Program-made: the position numbers and the translations under genes | Origin: Salmonella phage vB_SenS-3 | Sequence record: OR896822.1 | Length of the DNA stretch: 64,000 bases | Direction: 5' to 3' (one strand) | Notes under the pieces: generated by a model | Databases searched by the model: none | Seen by the model: only the letters and a program-made list of their open reading frames with translations | Told to the model about the DNA's origin: nothing | Part shown: one piece after another, positions 36,114 through 43,846 of the stretch | Layout of the letters: every line of letters starts with the position of its first letter | How positions within the stretch are numbered: the stretch's first letter is position 1

Positions 36114-37169
36114 ATGATTAAGACTGGTCTAGTAATTGGTAAGTTCGCACCATTAACGCGTGGTCATATTAACCTAATAAACACAGCAGCAACTATGTGT
36201 GAACGAGTTATTGTTGTAGTTAGTCATGATAATCGTTGGCTGGATAAGCAGAACACACGTGATAAGGAAGTATTACAGTTAAAGAATCGACTTCGTTGGT
36301 TAGAACAAACTTACGCGGATATTGAGCACATTTCGGTAGAGTACATTATTGAAGATGATATTCCTGAATATCCGAATGGTTGGCCGGAATATGCTAGAAT
36401 CCTTAATGAAAATTACGGACATTTGCCTGAGATCACCGTTTTCTCTAGCGAACTAGACTATGATGCAGAATATAAGAAATATCTGCCGAAGTTTGGTCAT
36501 TATATTGTAGATTCTGATCGGACTCGTGTTCCAATCTCAGCTACAATGATTCGTAATGATCTTATGAAGTATTGGGAGTTTCTTCCTAGCGTAGTTCGTA
36601 AAGATTACGTGCGTAAGGTTGTAATCATTGGGACTGAAAGCTCGGGAAAGACTACTTTAACAAAATACCTTGCGAAGCTATACAACACTTCGTGGGTAGA
36701 AGAATATGGTCGAACGTATTGTGAAGTTGATCTAGTTGGTAACGAAAATCTGCTTACCAGCGAAGATTATAGTAAAATTGCGTTCAGACACAAAGAGCTA
36801 GAGTTTGAAGCAGAACGTACTGCAAATAAGATCATGTTTGTGGATACAAATGCTTTTATTACTGAGTTCTACCACAGACTTTATGAACATAGTAAGAATC
36901 CTGTGGTTACAGCAATTGCAAAAGAAGAACATTATGATTTAGTAATTGTTCTAGCGCCTACTGTCAAGTGGGTAGATGATGGTTTACGTATTAACTCCGA
37001 TCGTTCAATTACTTCTGAACTATTCGAGCAGATGAAGAAAGAATTTCCAAATCAGTTCCCTGAAGGGCGTACTGTTTACATCGACTCTCCGGACTACAAA
37101 GTTCGTATGGACGAAGCAGTAAACGCAGTAGACTGGCTGATTCATCACTTTAACGTTGGAGAGTTTTAA
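36114..37169 (+). CDS. nadR: NadR-like bifunctional NMN adenylyltransferase / ribosylnicotinamide kinase
   Basis: N-terminal GKFAPLTRGHINLI (nucleotidyltransferase HxGH-type); C-terminal Walker A GTESSGKTT; ATG 36114 after conserved leader RBS. Confidence 0.8.
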   Translation: MIKTGLVIGKFAPLTRGHINLINTAATMCERVIVVVSHDNRWLDKQNTRDKEVLQLKNRLRWLEQTYADIEHISVEYIIEDDIPEYPNGWPEYARILNENYGHLPEITVFSSELDYDAEYKKYLPKFGHYIVDSDRTRVPISATMIRNDLMKYWEFLPSVVRKDYVRKVVIIGTESSGKTTLTKYLAKLYNTSWVEEYGRTYCEVDLVGNENLLTSEDYSKIAFRHKELEFEAERTANKIMFVDTNAFITEFYHRLYEHSKNPVVTAIAKEEHYDLVIVLAPTVKWVDDGLRINSDRSITSELFEQMKKEFPNQFPEGRTVYIDSPDYKVRMDEAVNAVDWLIHHFNVGEF

Positions 37170-37170
37170 T

Positions 37171-37827
37171 ATGACTAACTATCTCGTAAATGACTTTAAA
37201 AACTGGAAACCTCTGGAATATCTGTGGCTGTTCATAGCGGTTGTCTTCATTAGTTTAGCAAACTATAATGGTACAGCTCTAGATTGGGCTACTGCAATAA
37301 CCAATGTGGTTTGTGTTATTCTGGTTGCAAAAGGACGTATTTCCAACTATATTTGGGGCTTAGTGGGTGTTCTTACATATGGTATTACAGCTTTAAACGC
37401 AGATCTTTATGGTAACGCTGCACTAAACCTGCTATACTACGTTCCTATGCAGTTTTATGGAATGTACTTATGGCATAAAAATAAGCCAAGTAATCTGCCA
37501 GATGTTCCAACTAAGGTTCTGACTAAAGCCCAAGCTCTGCTGACTCTAGGGATTCTAGCAGTAGCCACGTTAGGGTATGGTAGTTTCTTAGCTACTACGG
37601 CTGATCCATTTCCAATGTTGGATGCATTTACTGCTGTAGGTAGTGTGATCGCTATGTGGCTTATGGTTAAGCAATATGCCGAGCAGTGGCTGATCTGGAT
37701 TGCTATTAACATTGGTACTGTGTACATTTGGCTTGTAACTGCTCAATCTACAGGTGCATCTTATGCAATCCTAGCAATGTGGCTAGTATTCTTAGGTAAC
37801 TCTATTATAGGAGCCTATAAAGGATAA
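37171..37827 (+). CDS. pnuC: PnuC-like nicotinamide riboside transporter
   Basis: polytopic membrane protein with W/G-rich helices; adjacent and co-oriented with nadR; ATG 37171 after RBS GGAGAG. Confidence 0.7.
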   Translation: MTNYLVNDFKNWKPLEYLWLFIAVVFISLANYNGTALDWATAITNVVCVILVAKGRISNYIWGLVGVLTYGITALNADLYGNAALNLLYYVPMQFYGMYLWHKNKPSNLPDVPTKVLTKAQALLTLGILAVATLGYGSFLATTADPFPMLDAFTAVGSVIAMWLMVKQYAEQWLIWIAINIGTVYIWLVTAQSTGASYAILAMWLVFLGNSIIGAYKG

Positions 37828-37854
37828 TTTGTACGCGTTAACAAATAAAGTAGT

Positions 37855-37878
37855 TATAGCCCTCGCTTAGAGGGCTAT
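37855..37878 (+). terminator. putative terminator hairpin after pnuC
   Basis: ATAGCCCTC-GCTTA-GAGGGCTAT perfect 9-bp hairpin; weak T-run. Confidence 0.45.
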
Positions 37879-37895
37879 TATACAGAAATTTTCAC

Positions 37896-37924
37896 TTGCT
37901 TAATATAGAAAATTTCTGTATAAT
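37896..37924 (+). promoter_or_regulatory. sigma70-type early promoter
   Basis: -35 TTGCTT, 17 bp, -10 TATAAT; leader identical to the nadR promoter leader. Confidence 0.6.
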
Positions 37925-37954
37925 ATATTTATAAATTTGAGAGAGGAATCAAAT

Positions 37955-38251
37955 ATGAAACGCATTGTACTTGCATTGACTCTAGTATCTACTTCTGTAT
38001 TTGCTGCTCCACAACAGGAACTTTGTCAAGTTCAAGTTTGTAATAAGCTAGAACGATTTACTCTAGACATTTGGTCCCACATTAAAGATAATATGGGTGA
38101 ACAGTGTTTTGATATTGTTCTGCCAAAAGAACAAGCTGTTCCTGGGGCTGTTCTCAGCTCAGAATCACGTTGGTGGCAAGGTTCTTCTATCAACCCAACT
38201 AAGAAGTCAGTGACACGTATCAAACAAGTATATCAGTGCAACGTTCAGTAA
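37955..38251 (+). CDS. secreted hypothetical protein
   Basis: signal peptide MKRIVLALTLVSTSVFAAP; paired cysteines. Confidence 0.5.
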   Translation: MKRIVLALTLVSTSVFAAPQQELCQVQVCNKLERFTLDIWSHIKDNMGEQCFDIVLPKEQAVPGAVLSSESRWWQGSSINPTKKSVTRIKQVYQCNVQ

Positions 38252-38259
38252 AATTTCAC

Positions 38260-38288
38260 TTGCTTAATGCCTAAATTTTCTGTATAAT
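38260..38288 (+). promoter_or_regulatory. sigma70-type early promoter
   Basis: -35 TTGCTT, 17 bp, -10 TATAAT. Confidence 0.6.
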
Positions 38289-38321
38289 ATATTCATAAAT
38301 TTGGAAGATTAGGAACTATTT

Positions 38322-38831
38322 ATGTTAGACTATGAGTCTATACTTTATAGATTCCGTTTAGAAGATGGTGTACTGGTGTGGAATCCGCTCTCCGGAAACT
38401 CCAGAGAGGAGAAGATATTTAATACTAAGTTTGCCAATAAACCTGCGGGATCTTTGCACAAAAGCTCTGGGTATATCAGAGTTAACGTTGATCACCAAGA
38501 TTACTTAGCTCATATCATAGTATTTATACTATATTATGGGTATAGGCCGGAAATGGTTGATCATAAAGACTGCAATAAGTTAAATATACATCCTTTAAAT
38601 TTAAGAGCAGCGGATAGTACCACTAATACTCATAATGCTAGTAAATCTTCTAGGAATACTAGCGGATTTAAGGGAGTATCCTACCACAAAGCATCTGGTC
38701 AGTGGCAGGGTAGAATAATGTTTAAAGGTAAGTCATACTCCGCAGGGCTGCACAGTACTCCTGAAGCAGCAAATGAAGCTCTAATTCAACTGAGAGAGAA
38801 ACTTCATGGGGAATATGCCCGAAATAATTAA
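38322..38831 (+). CDS. HNH homing endonuclease with AP2 domain
   Basis: 169 aa; HNH core PEMVDHKDCNKLNIHPLNL; AP2-like GFKGVSYHKASGQWQGRIMFKGKSY; stop abuts tRNA-Ser. Confidence 0.75.
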   Translation: MLDYESILYRFRLEDGVLVWNPLSGNSREEKIFNTKFANKPAGSLHKSSGYIRVNVDHQDYLAHIIVFILYYGYRPEMVDHKDCNKLNIHPLNLRAADSTTNTHNASKSSRNTSGFKGVSYHKASGQWQGRIMFKGKSYSAGLHSTPEAANEALIQLREKLHGEYARNN

Positions 38832-38920
38832 GGAAGAATAGCATAACGGTATTGCAGCAGATTGCTAATCTGTCGGTTTGAAACATAGCCTTGTGGGTTC
38901 GATTCCCACTTCTTCCGCCA
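38832..38920 (+). tRNA. tRNA-Ser (anticodon GCT), long variable arm
   Basis: acceptor GGAAGAA/TTCTTCC perfect; anticodon loop TTGCTAA; T-arm GTGGG-TTCGATT-CCCAC; CCA encoded. Confidence 0.8.
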
Positions 38921-38925
38921 AATTT

Positions 38926-39003
38926 GGTTCTCAAGCTCATTTGGTATGAGCCGTCGCCTCATAAGCGAAAGGTAGGTAGGTTCGAATCCTCCGGGAGCCA
39001 CCA
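38926..39003 (+). tRNA. tRNA with CAT anticodon (Met or Ile2)
   Basis: acceptor GGTTCTC/GGGAGCC with G-U pairs; D-stem GCTC/GAGC; anticodon loop CTCATAA; CCA encoded. Confidence 0.7.
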
Positions 39004-39152
39004 GATAACTAGGAGACTTTATGTCACGCTTTCACGAAATTAAGCAAGAACTAGAAGAATGTATGTGTACTGAATGTTGGGGTTCTGGCACTTAATGTTC
39101 CAGTGACTGGATTCCCTGATTGGCTGCAAGGTTACGAACTCTAACAAAATTT

Positions 39153-39238
39153 GGATCTGTGGTGGAATTGGCAATACACACCATGCTTAAAACGTGGCGC
39201 TTAAATGATTGAGGGTTCGAGCCCCTCCAGATCCACCA
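39153..39238 (+). tRNA. tRNA-Leu (anticodon TAA), long variable arm
   Basis: acceptor GGATCTG/CAGATCC perfect; anticodon stem CCATG/CGTGG, loop CTTAAAA; T-arm GAGGG-TTCGAGC-CCCTC; CCA encoded. Confidence 0.8.
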
Positions 39239-39399
39239 AATTAAGGAAGTAAAAATGAAATCTATTAAGAAAGCTATTCGTGAACTTATCCGTTGTCGCT
39301 TCCATAGCATCAAGGCTTCAACTAATGGTACTACTTACGATCGCTACGATCGCTATGATCCTAAGTTTGGCTTACATTCTAAATAACTGGAGAAAACAA

Positions 39400-39606
39400 A
39401 TGGCTAATCCTGAAATTACGGCACAACGTTTTATGCTGAAAGGAATTATTGCTGAAGCAGGCGTGACACAAGAAGTGGAAGATTTCCATAAGCAGTTCCT
39501 AAATATTCTCACTCAAGCCAAAGAGCTAGGAGAGAAAGAACATGGCGCGGCTATTATGGCAATCACATTGGTTGGGCTTGATCTGGCAGAAGAATCAGGA
39601 GTTTAA
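39400..39606 (+). CDS. hypothetical protein
   Basis: start set at internal ATG (MANPEITAQ...) with RBS; upstream part of the listed ORF overlaps tRNA-Leu. Confidence 0.4.
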   Translation: MANPEITAQRFMLKGIIAEAGVTQEVEDFHKQFLNILTQAKELGEKEHGAAIMAITLVGLDLAEESGV

Positions 39607-39636
39607 CTTCTCCAAGCAGAAATTTTAAAAATGTAC

Positions 39637-39666
39637 TTGCTTTTTACTTAAGATTTCTGCTATAAT
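39637..39666 (+). promoter_or_regulatory. sigma70-type early promoter
   Basis: -35 TTGCTT, 18 bp, -10 TATAAT. Confidence 0.55.
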
Positions 39667-39695
39667 AGTTATATAAGTTGATGAGAGGAATCAGA

Positions 39696-39971
39696 ATGTT
39701 AAAACGTTTTGCAGCAACTGGTATTGAAAGCTCAGTATGTAAATCCTGGGGTGGTTGGGAAGGTGAGATCGAGTGGCTTTATTTCTACAATGTAGAACTT
39801 CTTCCAGAGATCAAAGCTCAATGTATTAAGGCTGGTATGGCTCCTGATGCTACGGCTGATGTTGAAATCAGCATGAATAAGCTAGAGGGTCGAGTAGTCA
39901 CTGTTACTGATGAAGGTGAAGAGGTATTCGAACTTCCATTCACTTTGAAAGTCACTCCTTCATTTGATTAA
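39696..39971 (+). CDS. hypothetical protein
   Basis: start at ATG after conserved leader RBS GAGAGGAATCAGA. Confidence 0.5.
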   Translation: MLKRFAATGIESSVCKSWGGWEGEIEWLYFYNVELLPEIKAQCIKAGMAPDATADVEISMNKLEGRVVTVTDEGEEVFELPFTLKVTPSFD

Positions 39972-40008
39972 CTGATACAGCACTTGAGCAAGTTCTTTAA
40001 AATTTGAC

Positions 40009-40038
40009 TTGCTCAAGTGCCTTAAAACTTGATATAAT
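40009..40038 (+). promoter_or_regulatory. sigma70-type promoter heading a tRNA transcription unit
   Basis: -35 TTGCTC, 18 bp, -10 TATAAT; about 120 nt leader then tRNA-Tyr. Confidence 0.55.
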
Positions 40039-40162
40039 AGTTACCTAATTTGGAAACATATCTGAATGAGAAGTAATTAAGCGAGTTGCTTTGAGGGATA
40101 AAGTCAGGATAGCCGGAAATATTCCACCTTGAGTTTAACCGACTTACTTTTCATTCAAATAT

Positions 40163-40243
40163 GGGGGATTGGCTCAGTGGCGACGGCGCCTGGCTGTAGA
40201 CCGGGTATATCACGCGGAGGTTCGAGTCCTCCATCCCCCACCA
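40163..40243 (+). tRNA. tRNA-Tyr (anticodon GTA), long variable arm
   Basis: acceptor GGGGGAT/ATCCCCC perfect; anticodon stem CCTGG/CCGGG, loop CTGTAGA; T-arm GGAGG-TTCGAGT-CCTCC; CCA encoded. Confidence 0.75.
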
Positions 40244-40251
40244 AAATTAAT

Positions 40252-40326
40252 GCACCTATCGTCTAATGGTTAGGACATCAGGATTTCAATCTGAGAATTG
40301 AACTCCGATTCTCCGTGGGTGTGCCA
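40252..40326 (+). tRNA. tRNA-Glu (anticodon TTC)
   Basis: acceptor GCACCTA/TGGGTGT; D-stem GTCT/GGAC; anticodon stem TCAGG/TCTGA, loop ATTTCAA; atypical T-arm; CCA encoded. Confidence 0.6.
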
Positions 40327-40335
40327 ATTAATAAT

Positions 40336-40406
40336 TGGGGTACGCATAGGTTGCTAGTGGGCCTCCAAAACCCATGAAAAGGTTTCGAATACCTTTACCC
40401 CTGCCA
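40336..40406 (+). tRNA. tRNA-Trp (anticodon CCA), atypical
   Basis: T-arm AAGGT-TTCGAAT-ACCTT perfect; acceptor 6 bp with U1/U72 mismatch; anticodon loop CTCCAAA; CCA encoded. Confidence 0.55.
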
Positions 40407-40412
40407 ATATTT

Positions 40413-40487
40413 GCACCTTTAGCTGAGATGGATTAGCGCTTGCCTGAAGAGCTTGAGAGGTTCGTTCAATTCGAACAGGGTGCACCA
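40413..40487 (+). tRNA. tRNA, probable Phe (anticodon GAA); anticodon stem imperfect
   Basis: acceptor GCACCTT/AGGGTGC; T-arm GTTCG-TTCAATT-CGAAC perfect; loop CTGAAGA fits Phe but stem has two U-U mismatches; CCA encoded. Confidence 0.55.
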
Positions 40488-40504
40488 ATTTGAAGGAGAT
40501 GCTG

Positions 40505-40777
40505 ATGCATCCTGAAAACTTCTTTATATACTGTACTAGTCCTTTGCTTAAACGCCGGATTAATAAAGTATATCACTACAGAGCTAGTCAACAGCCTTAT
40601 GTTTATGATTCTAGTGGAGATCATATTCCACTTGAGCAACTAGGGACTGATTATATGGTTTTGAAGCACTTTAATGAGGCGAAGATCTCTAGCGTTCATA
40701 ACCGACAAAACTCTAAAACGTGGTGGCATAAGAAGCGTAAGAAAGGCATCAAATTTCTTAAAAATGTAGTTGCTTAA
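40505..40777 (+). CDS. hypothetical basic protein
   Basis: ATG 40505 six nt after RBS AAGGAG, immediately downstream of the tRNA cluster. Confidence 0.45.
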   Translation: MHPENFFIYCTSPLLKRRINKVYHYRASQQPYVYDSSGDHIPLEQLGTDYMVLKHFNEAKISSVHNRQNSKTWWHKKRKKGIKFLKNVVA

Positions 40778-40798
40778 ATCCTTAAAGTTCTGTATAAT
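40770..40798 (+). promoter_or_regulatory. sigma70-type early promoter
   Basis: -35 TTGCTT, 17 bp, -10 TATAAT; -35 overlaps stop region of 40505..40777. Confidence 0.6.
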
Positions 40799-40826
40799 TA
40801 TTACATAAATTGAACTGGAGAACTAG

Positions 40827-41015
40827 ATGAAAGCACCTAAACCGAAATTAGTTAAGTTCGACTGCTGTGATACTGAAATCTTATTTACTAAGTTTGGTGA
40901 ATTTAAGATGTGTGAATGTGGAACATGTGGTTACGATCATGGTGATGGATATTATTGCAGAACCCTAGGGCCTTCTGAACTAATCCACTTCTCATGGCCG
41001 GAAAGTAAAGAATAA
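40827..41015 (+). CDS. small Cys-rich (zinc-ribbon-like) protein
   Basis: 62 aa; CC...CEC..CGYDH..YC cysteine pattern. Confidence 0.45.
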   Translation: MKAPKPKLVKFDCCDTEILFTKFGEFKMCECGTCGYDHGDGYYCRTLGPSELIHFSWPESKE

Positions 41016-41083
41016 TACGACCGTTGGCTGAATGGCTTAGGCGGAGGCCTGCAAAACCTCCTTATGTGAGTTCGAATCTCATG
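41008..41083 (+). tRNA. tRNA-Cys (anticodon GCA)
   Basis: acceptor CGACCGT/GCGGTCG; anticodon loop CTGCAAA; T-arm GTGAG-TTCGAAT-CTCAT; CCA encoded; 5' end overlaps stop of 40827..41015. Confidence 0.7.
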
Positions 41084-41235
41084 CGGTCGTCCAATTTGCT
41101 GAAAGAATTGTTAAATCAATTCAGGCACGCGTAGGAACACTGCCTCAGTAATTGAAAGATGAGGCACGGTTTGGAGAGGTATGCCGCTACACGCTACGGT
41201 GCTAACTCCGTCTAGGTGAAAATCCTAGTCAGCAA

Positions 41236-41318
41236 TATAAATTTAGGGTCGTTAGCCAAGCGGTTTGGCGGTGGACTGTTAATCCATGTCGAAAGACAAC
41301 GTAGGTTCGAATCCTACA
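41236..41318 (+). tRNA. tRNA with GTT anticodon (Asn-like) and 13-nt variable arm
   Basis: acceptor GGGTCGT/ACGGCCC; anticodon stem GTGGA/TCCAT, loop CTGTTAA; T-arm GTAGG-TTCGAAT-CCTAC perfect; CCA encoded. Confidence 0.6.
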
Positions 41319-41431
41319 CGGCCCGCCATATTCTATGTAGGATTAAGTAAACCGGTAGCCAACCAGCTATCATTACTGATATCGAATTCAGTCACAGATA
41401 CCATTTTTCACTAACAACTGAGGAAATAGAT

Positions 41432-41617
41432 ATGACAACTCGTGCAATTGCTCGACTAGAAGCTGATCGTGATAATCTGATTAATAATATTAAGGTTCGT
41501 GGTAATATTATTAAGGCTCTGAAAGCTGAACTTCTTGAAGAACTTCAAGGTCAAGTAGAGCGTCGTGAAGCTCTAAAAGAGGTTGAGGAAGCTATCGAAA
41601 AACTCAAGGCTGAATAA
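41432..41617 (+). CDS. hypothetical coiled-coil protein
   Basis: 61 aa ORF with RBS GAGGAAA. Confidence 0.45.
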   Translation: MTTRAIARLEADRDNLINNIKVRGNIIKALKAELLEELQGQVERREALKEVEEAIEKLKAE

Positions 41618-41620
41618 ATT

Positions 41621-42202
41621 ATGCACGGAATATCCTTACCCATTCCAGGGTTTGAGGAGTACTTAGTAAGTTTGGATGGGTTAGTATTTAGTATCAAATC
41701 AAACAAAATACTAACCCCAATAACCAGTAATTACGGATACTTATCTATACGTCTCCATAAAAATGGTCAACAGAGAAATACCGGTGTACATAGGATTTTA
41801 GCATGTGCATTTAAGAAATTACCAAGTCTAGACTCTGAACTAGAAGTTGACCATATTAACACAGACATTACTTATTGGGGTCTTAATAACTTACAAGTGC
41901 TCACAAAAGAGCAGCATCTAGAAAAGACTTTAAAAGATAAAGGATTTAGTAAACTAAACCATGATAATTGTTGTAAGGATTGTGGTAAAGCTATTTCTTT
42001 AAAAGCTGAAAAATGTCAGGAGTGCTCTTCACATAAACCAAAAGATATCTCTATAACTAAAGAAATAATCGAGGTTACAGTAAGAGAGCTAGGCTGGTCA
42101 GGTGCAGGGAGAAAGTTAAATTATTCAGATAATGGGTTGCGTAAAAGATACACTTCTTTAGGAGGCAATCCTAAAGAACTTAAAAAGTTAAAGGTACTAT
42201 AG
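41621..42202 (+). CDS. HNH homing endonuclease (NUMOD-like N-terminus)
   Basis: 193 aa; motifs HRILACAF...VDHINTD...NNLQ; Cys-rich C-terminal region; stop codon overlaps 5' end of tRNA-Asp. Confidence 0.7.
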   Translation: MHGISLPIPGFEEYLVSLDGLVFSIKSNKILTPITSNYGYLSIRLHKNGQQRNTGVHRILACAFKKLPSLDSELEVDHINTDITYWGLNNLQVLTKEQHLEKTLKDKGFSKLNHDNCCKDCGKAISLKAEKCQECSSHKPKDISITKEIIEVTVRELGWSGAGRKLNYSDNGLRKRYTSLGGNPKELKKLKVL

Positions 42203-42267
42203 TCTAACGGTTAGGATACTCCCCTGTCACGGGAGAGGTAGGGTTTCGATTACCCTTAGTACCGCCA
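42193..42267 (+). tRNA. tRNA-Asp (anticodon GTC)
   Basis: acceptor GGTACTA/TAGTACC perfect; anticodon stem CTCCC/GGGAG, loop CTGTCAC; T-arm AGGGT-TTCGATT-ACCCT; CCA encoded. Confidence 0.85.
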
Positions 42268-42273
42268 AATTAT

Positions 42274-42350
42274 ACATCCATAGCTCAACTGGTCAGAGCT
42301 ACCGCCTCTTAAGCGGAGGGTTGAAGGTTCAAGTCCTTCTGGGAGTACCA
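42274..42350 (+). tRNA. tRNA-Lys (anticodon CTT)
   Basis: D-stem GCTC/GAGC; anticodon loop CTCTTAA; T-arm GAAGG-TTCAAGT-CCTTC; acceptor with one A-A mismatch; CCA encoded. Confidence 0.65.
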
Positions 42351-42553
42351 AACAAATAGAGTAAAGGCTACAGTAGGTGCACCCTTACGGACTGCTACAC
42401 CGGACTCTATTCATTAACAAACATTCTAGCGTGGTGGAGAGGGGACACCAGCTGTGCGAGGGTAGAAGCTTGTTCGATTCAAGTGAAAGAATGGTTCTCG
42501 TAAATCCGCAGCAGTGATAGTAGGTTCAAGTCCTACCTAGATTGACTTATTAT

Positions 42554-42627
42554 GCGTTCGTAGTTAAAAGGTATAATTTTTGGTTGCCAACCAGAAGTTG
42601 AGGGTTCGATTCCCTCCGACCGCACCA
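42554..42627 (+). tRNA. tRNA-Gly (anticodon GCC)
   Basis: T-arm GAGGG-TTCGATT-CCCTC; acceptor GCGTTCG/CGACCGC (one mismatch); anticodon stem TTTGG/CCAGA, loop TTGCCAA; CCA encoded. Confidence 0.65.
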
Positions 42628-42878
42628 AATTTAGGTTTCTGCTTCCTAGAGAACGGACTCCTAGATAAACAAGGCGATGAGTTTCCGGCCGGTTCTAGTC
42701 GCTGAAAATCCTCCCGACCAGGTAGGTGTAGGTAAACGAAAGTTTACTTATTGAGTAGGTTCCGATAGATCGGCGGATCTATTCTGGCATTTAAGAGAAG
42801 TCTCGCAAACTTCTTTGTCAGCAGAGCGTTTGAAGCGTGAGGTGGCCTACACAATAAGTAAATTTATTAAAAACTCAT

Positions 42879-42907
42879 TTGCTATTTCACTTAATTCTCT
42901 TTATAAT
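42879..42907 (+). promoter_or_regulatory. sigma70-type promoter heading a tRNA transcription unit
   Basis: -35 TTGCTA, 17 bp, -10 TATAAT; tRNA-Pro begins about 33 nt downstream. Confidence 0.6.
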
Positions 42908-42939
42908 ATATCTTATAAAGTGAGTTAACAAAGAATATT

Positions 42940-43017
42940 CTCCGTGTAGCTCAGTTTGGCCAGAGCGTTCCGTTTGGGGCGGTAGGGTCGGGGGTTCAAA
43001 TCCTCCCACGGAGACCA
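42940..43017 (+). tRNA. tRNA-Pro (anticodon TGG)
   Basis: acceptor CTCCGTG/CACGGAG perfect; D-stem GCTC/GAGC; anticodon loop TTTGGGG; T-arm GGGGG-TTCAAAT-CCTCC; CCA encoded. Confidence 0.8.
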
Positions 43018-43023
43018 AACAAT

Positions 43024-43101
43024 TGCGGGTTAGATCTCTGGTAGAGATCGCTAGTCTCATAAGCTAGAAAGAGGTAGGTTAGATTCCTACACCCGCTTCC
43101 A
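43024..43101 (+). tRNA. tRNA with CAT anticodon (Met or Ile2), U1/U72 mismatch
   Basis: D-stem GATC/GATC; anticodon stem CTAGT/GCTAG, loop CTCATAA; T-arm GTAGG-TTAGATT-CCTAC; CCA encoded. Confidence 0.7.
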
Positions 43102-43120
43102 ATTTAATAGAGGATACGAA

Positions 43121-43285
43121 ATGAAATTATTTCGATTGGTAGTAAGTGATAGACGGTCTAGCAAAGATCGTTCGAAGTATACCTTAGCCCATTATGGGAA
43201 AGATGAAAATGAAGTAATGGCTGAATTTGGTATTAATCATCGCTACTTAGAAGTTTACTCTATTAAGGAAGTTTATCCGTATTAA
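43121..43285 (+). CDS. small hypothetical protein (54 aa) between tRNAs
   Basis: ATG-initiated ORF found by eye (not in the six-frame list, under 60 aa); ends at the nucleotide before tRNA-Lys. Confidence 0.3.
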   Translation: MKLFRLVVSDRRSSKDRSKYTLAHYGKDENEVMAEFGINHRYLEVYSIKEVYPY

Positions 43286-43363
43286 GGGTCGTTAGCTCAA
43301 TTGGTTAGTAGCACTTGCCTTTTAAGCAATAGGTTGAAGGTTCGAGTCCTTCACGACCCACCA
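43286..43363 (+). tRNA. tRNA-Lys (anticodon TTT)
   Basis: acceptor GGGTCGT/ACGACCC perfect; anticodon loop CTTTTAA; T-arm GAAGG-TTCGAGT-CCTTC; CCA encoded. Confidence 0.8.
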
Positions 43364-43372
43364 AATTACTTT

Positions 43373-43446
43373 GCTCGGTTAGTTTAATGGGAGAACCCCG
43401 TCTTTACACGGCGGTTGCGATAGTTCGATTCTATCACCGAGTACCA
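43373..43446 (+). tRNA. tRNA-Val (anticodon TAC)
   Basis: acceptor GCTCGGT/ACCGAGT; anticodon stem CCGTC/GGCGG, loop TTTACAC; T-arm GATAG-TTCGATT-CTATC; CCA encoded. Confidence 0.75.
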
Positions 43447-43471
43447 ATTAACTCAAAATAAGGAATTGCAA

Positions 43472-43825
43472 ATGCAATTATCAAGCAAGATTCAAGGCTA
43501 TTTTGGTCATGTAACAATGGAGTTCGCTATCTCTAAAGGTTGGGATTTCGAGCAAGATCTAGCTGAGTTCTACAAAGATATTGATCTGAACGTACCATAC
43601 ATGGGACTCTCCACTGGTCAAGAGATCACAGAAGGCGATGTGTTCAAGGCAAGTCAAGGTGAGGTAACACCTAGTTTTGCCAAGTTCTGGTTAGGACTTA
43701 CTTTGAAGGAAGATGCACCAGAGGATGGTGTGGTTATGCAGAGTATGCACTCTGGAAGCTCTGATTACCTTTTCGTTAGCGACGTTAAGGAACTACAAGA
43801 AATCGCTAAAAATGTACTTGCTTGA
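43472..43825 (+). CDS. hypothetical protein
   Basis: ATG 43472 after RBS AAGGAA (listed ORF starts at TTG 43466); acidic protein. Confidence 0.5.
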   Translation: MQLSSKIQGYFGHVTMEFAISKGWDFEQDLAEFYKDIDLNVPYMGLSTGQEITEGDVFKASQGEVTPSFAKFWLGLTLKEDAPEDGVVMQSMHSGSSDYLFVSDVKELQEIAKNVLA

Positions 43826-43846
43826 TGCTTAATTTCTTGTTATAAT
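43818..43846 (+). promoter_or_regulatory. sigma70-type promoter overlapping the 3' end of CDS 43472..43825
   Basis: -35 TTGCTT, 17 bp, -10 TATAAT; leader then forms an 8-bp hairpin GATGAGGA/TCCTCATC. Confidence 0.55.

Noticed and set aside
42351-42553. Possible group I intron core (10-mer AATCCGCAGC resembling a conserved intron element)
   Set aside because: No matching partner elements or P7-like sequence and no interrupted host gene; a single 10-mer could occur by chance in 64 kb
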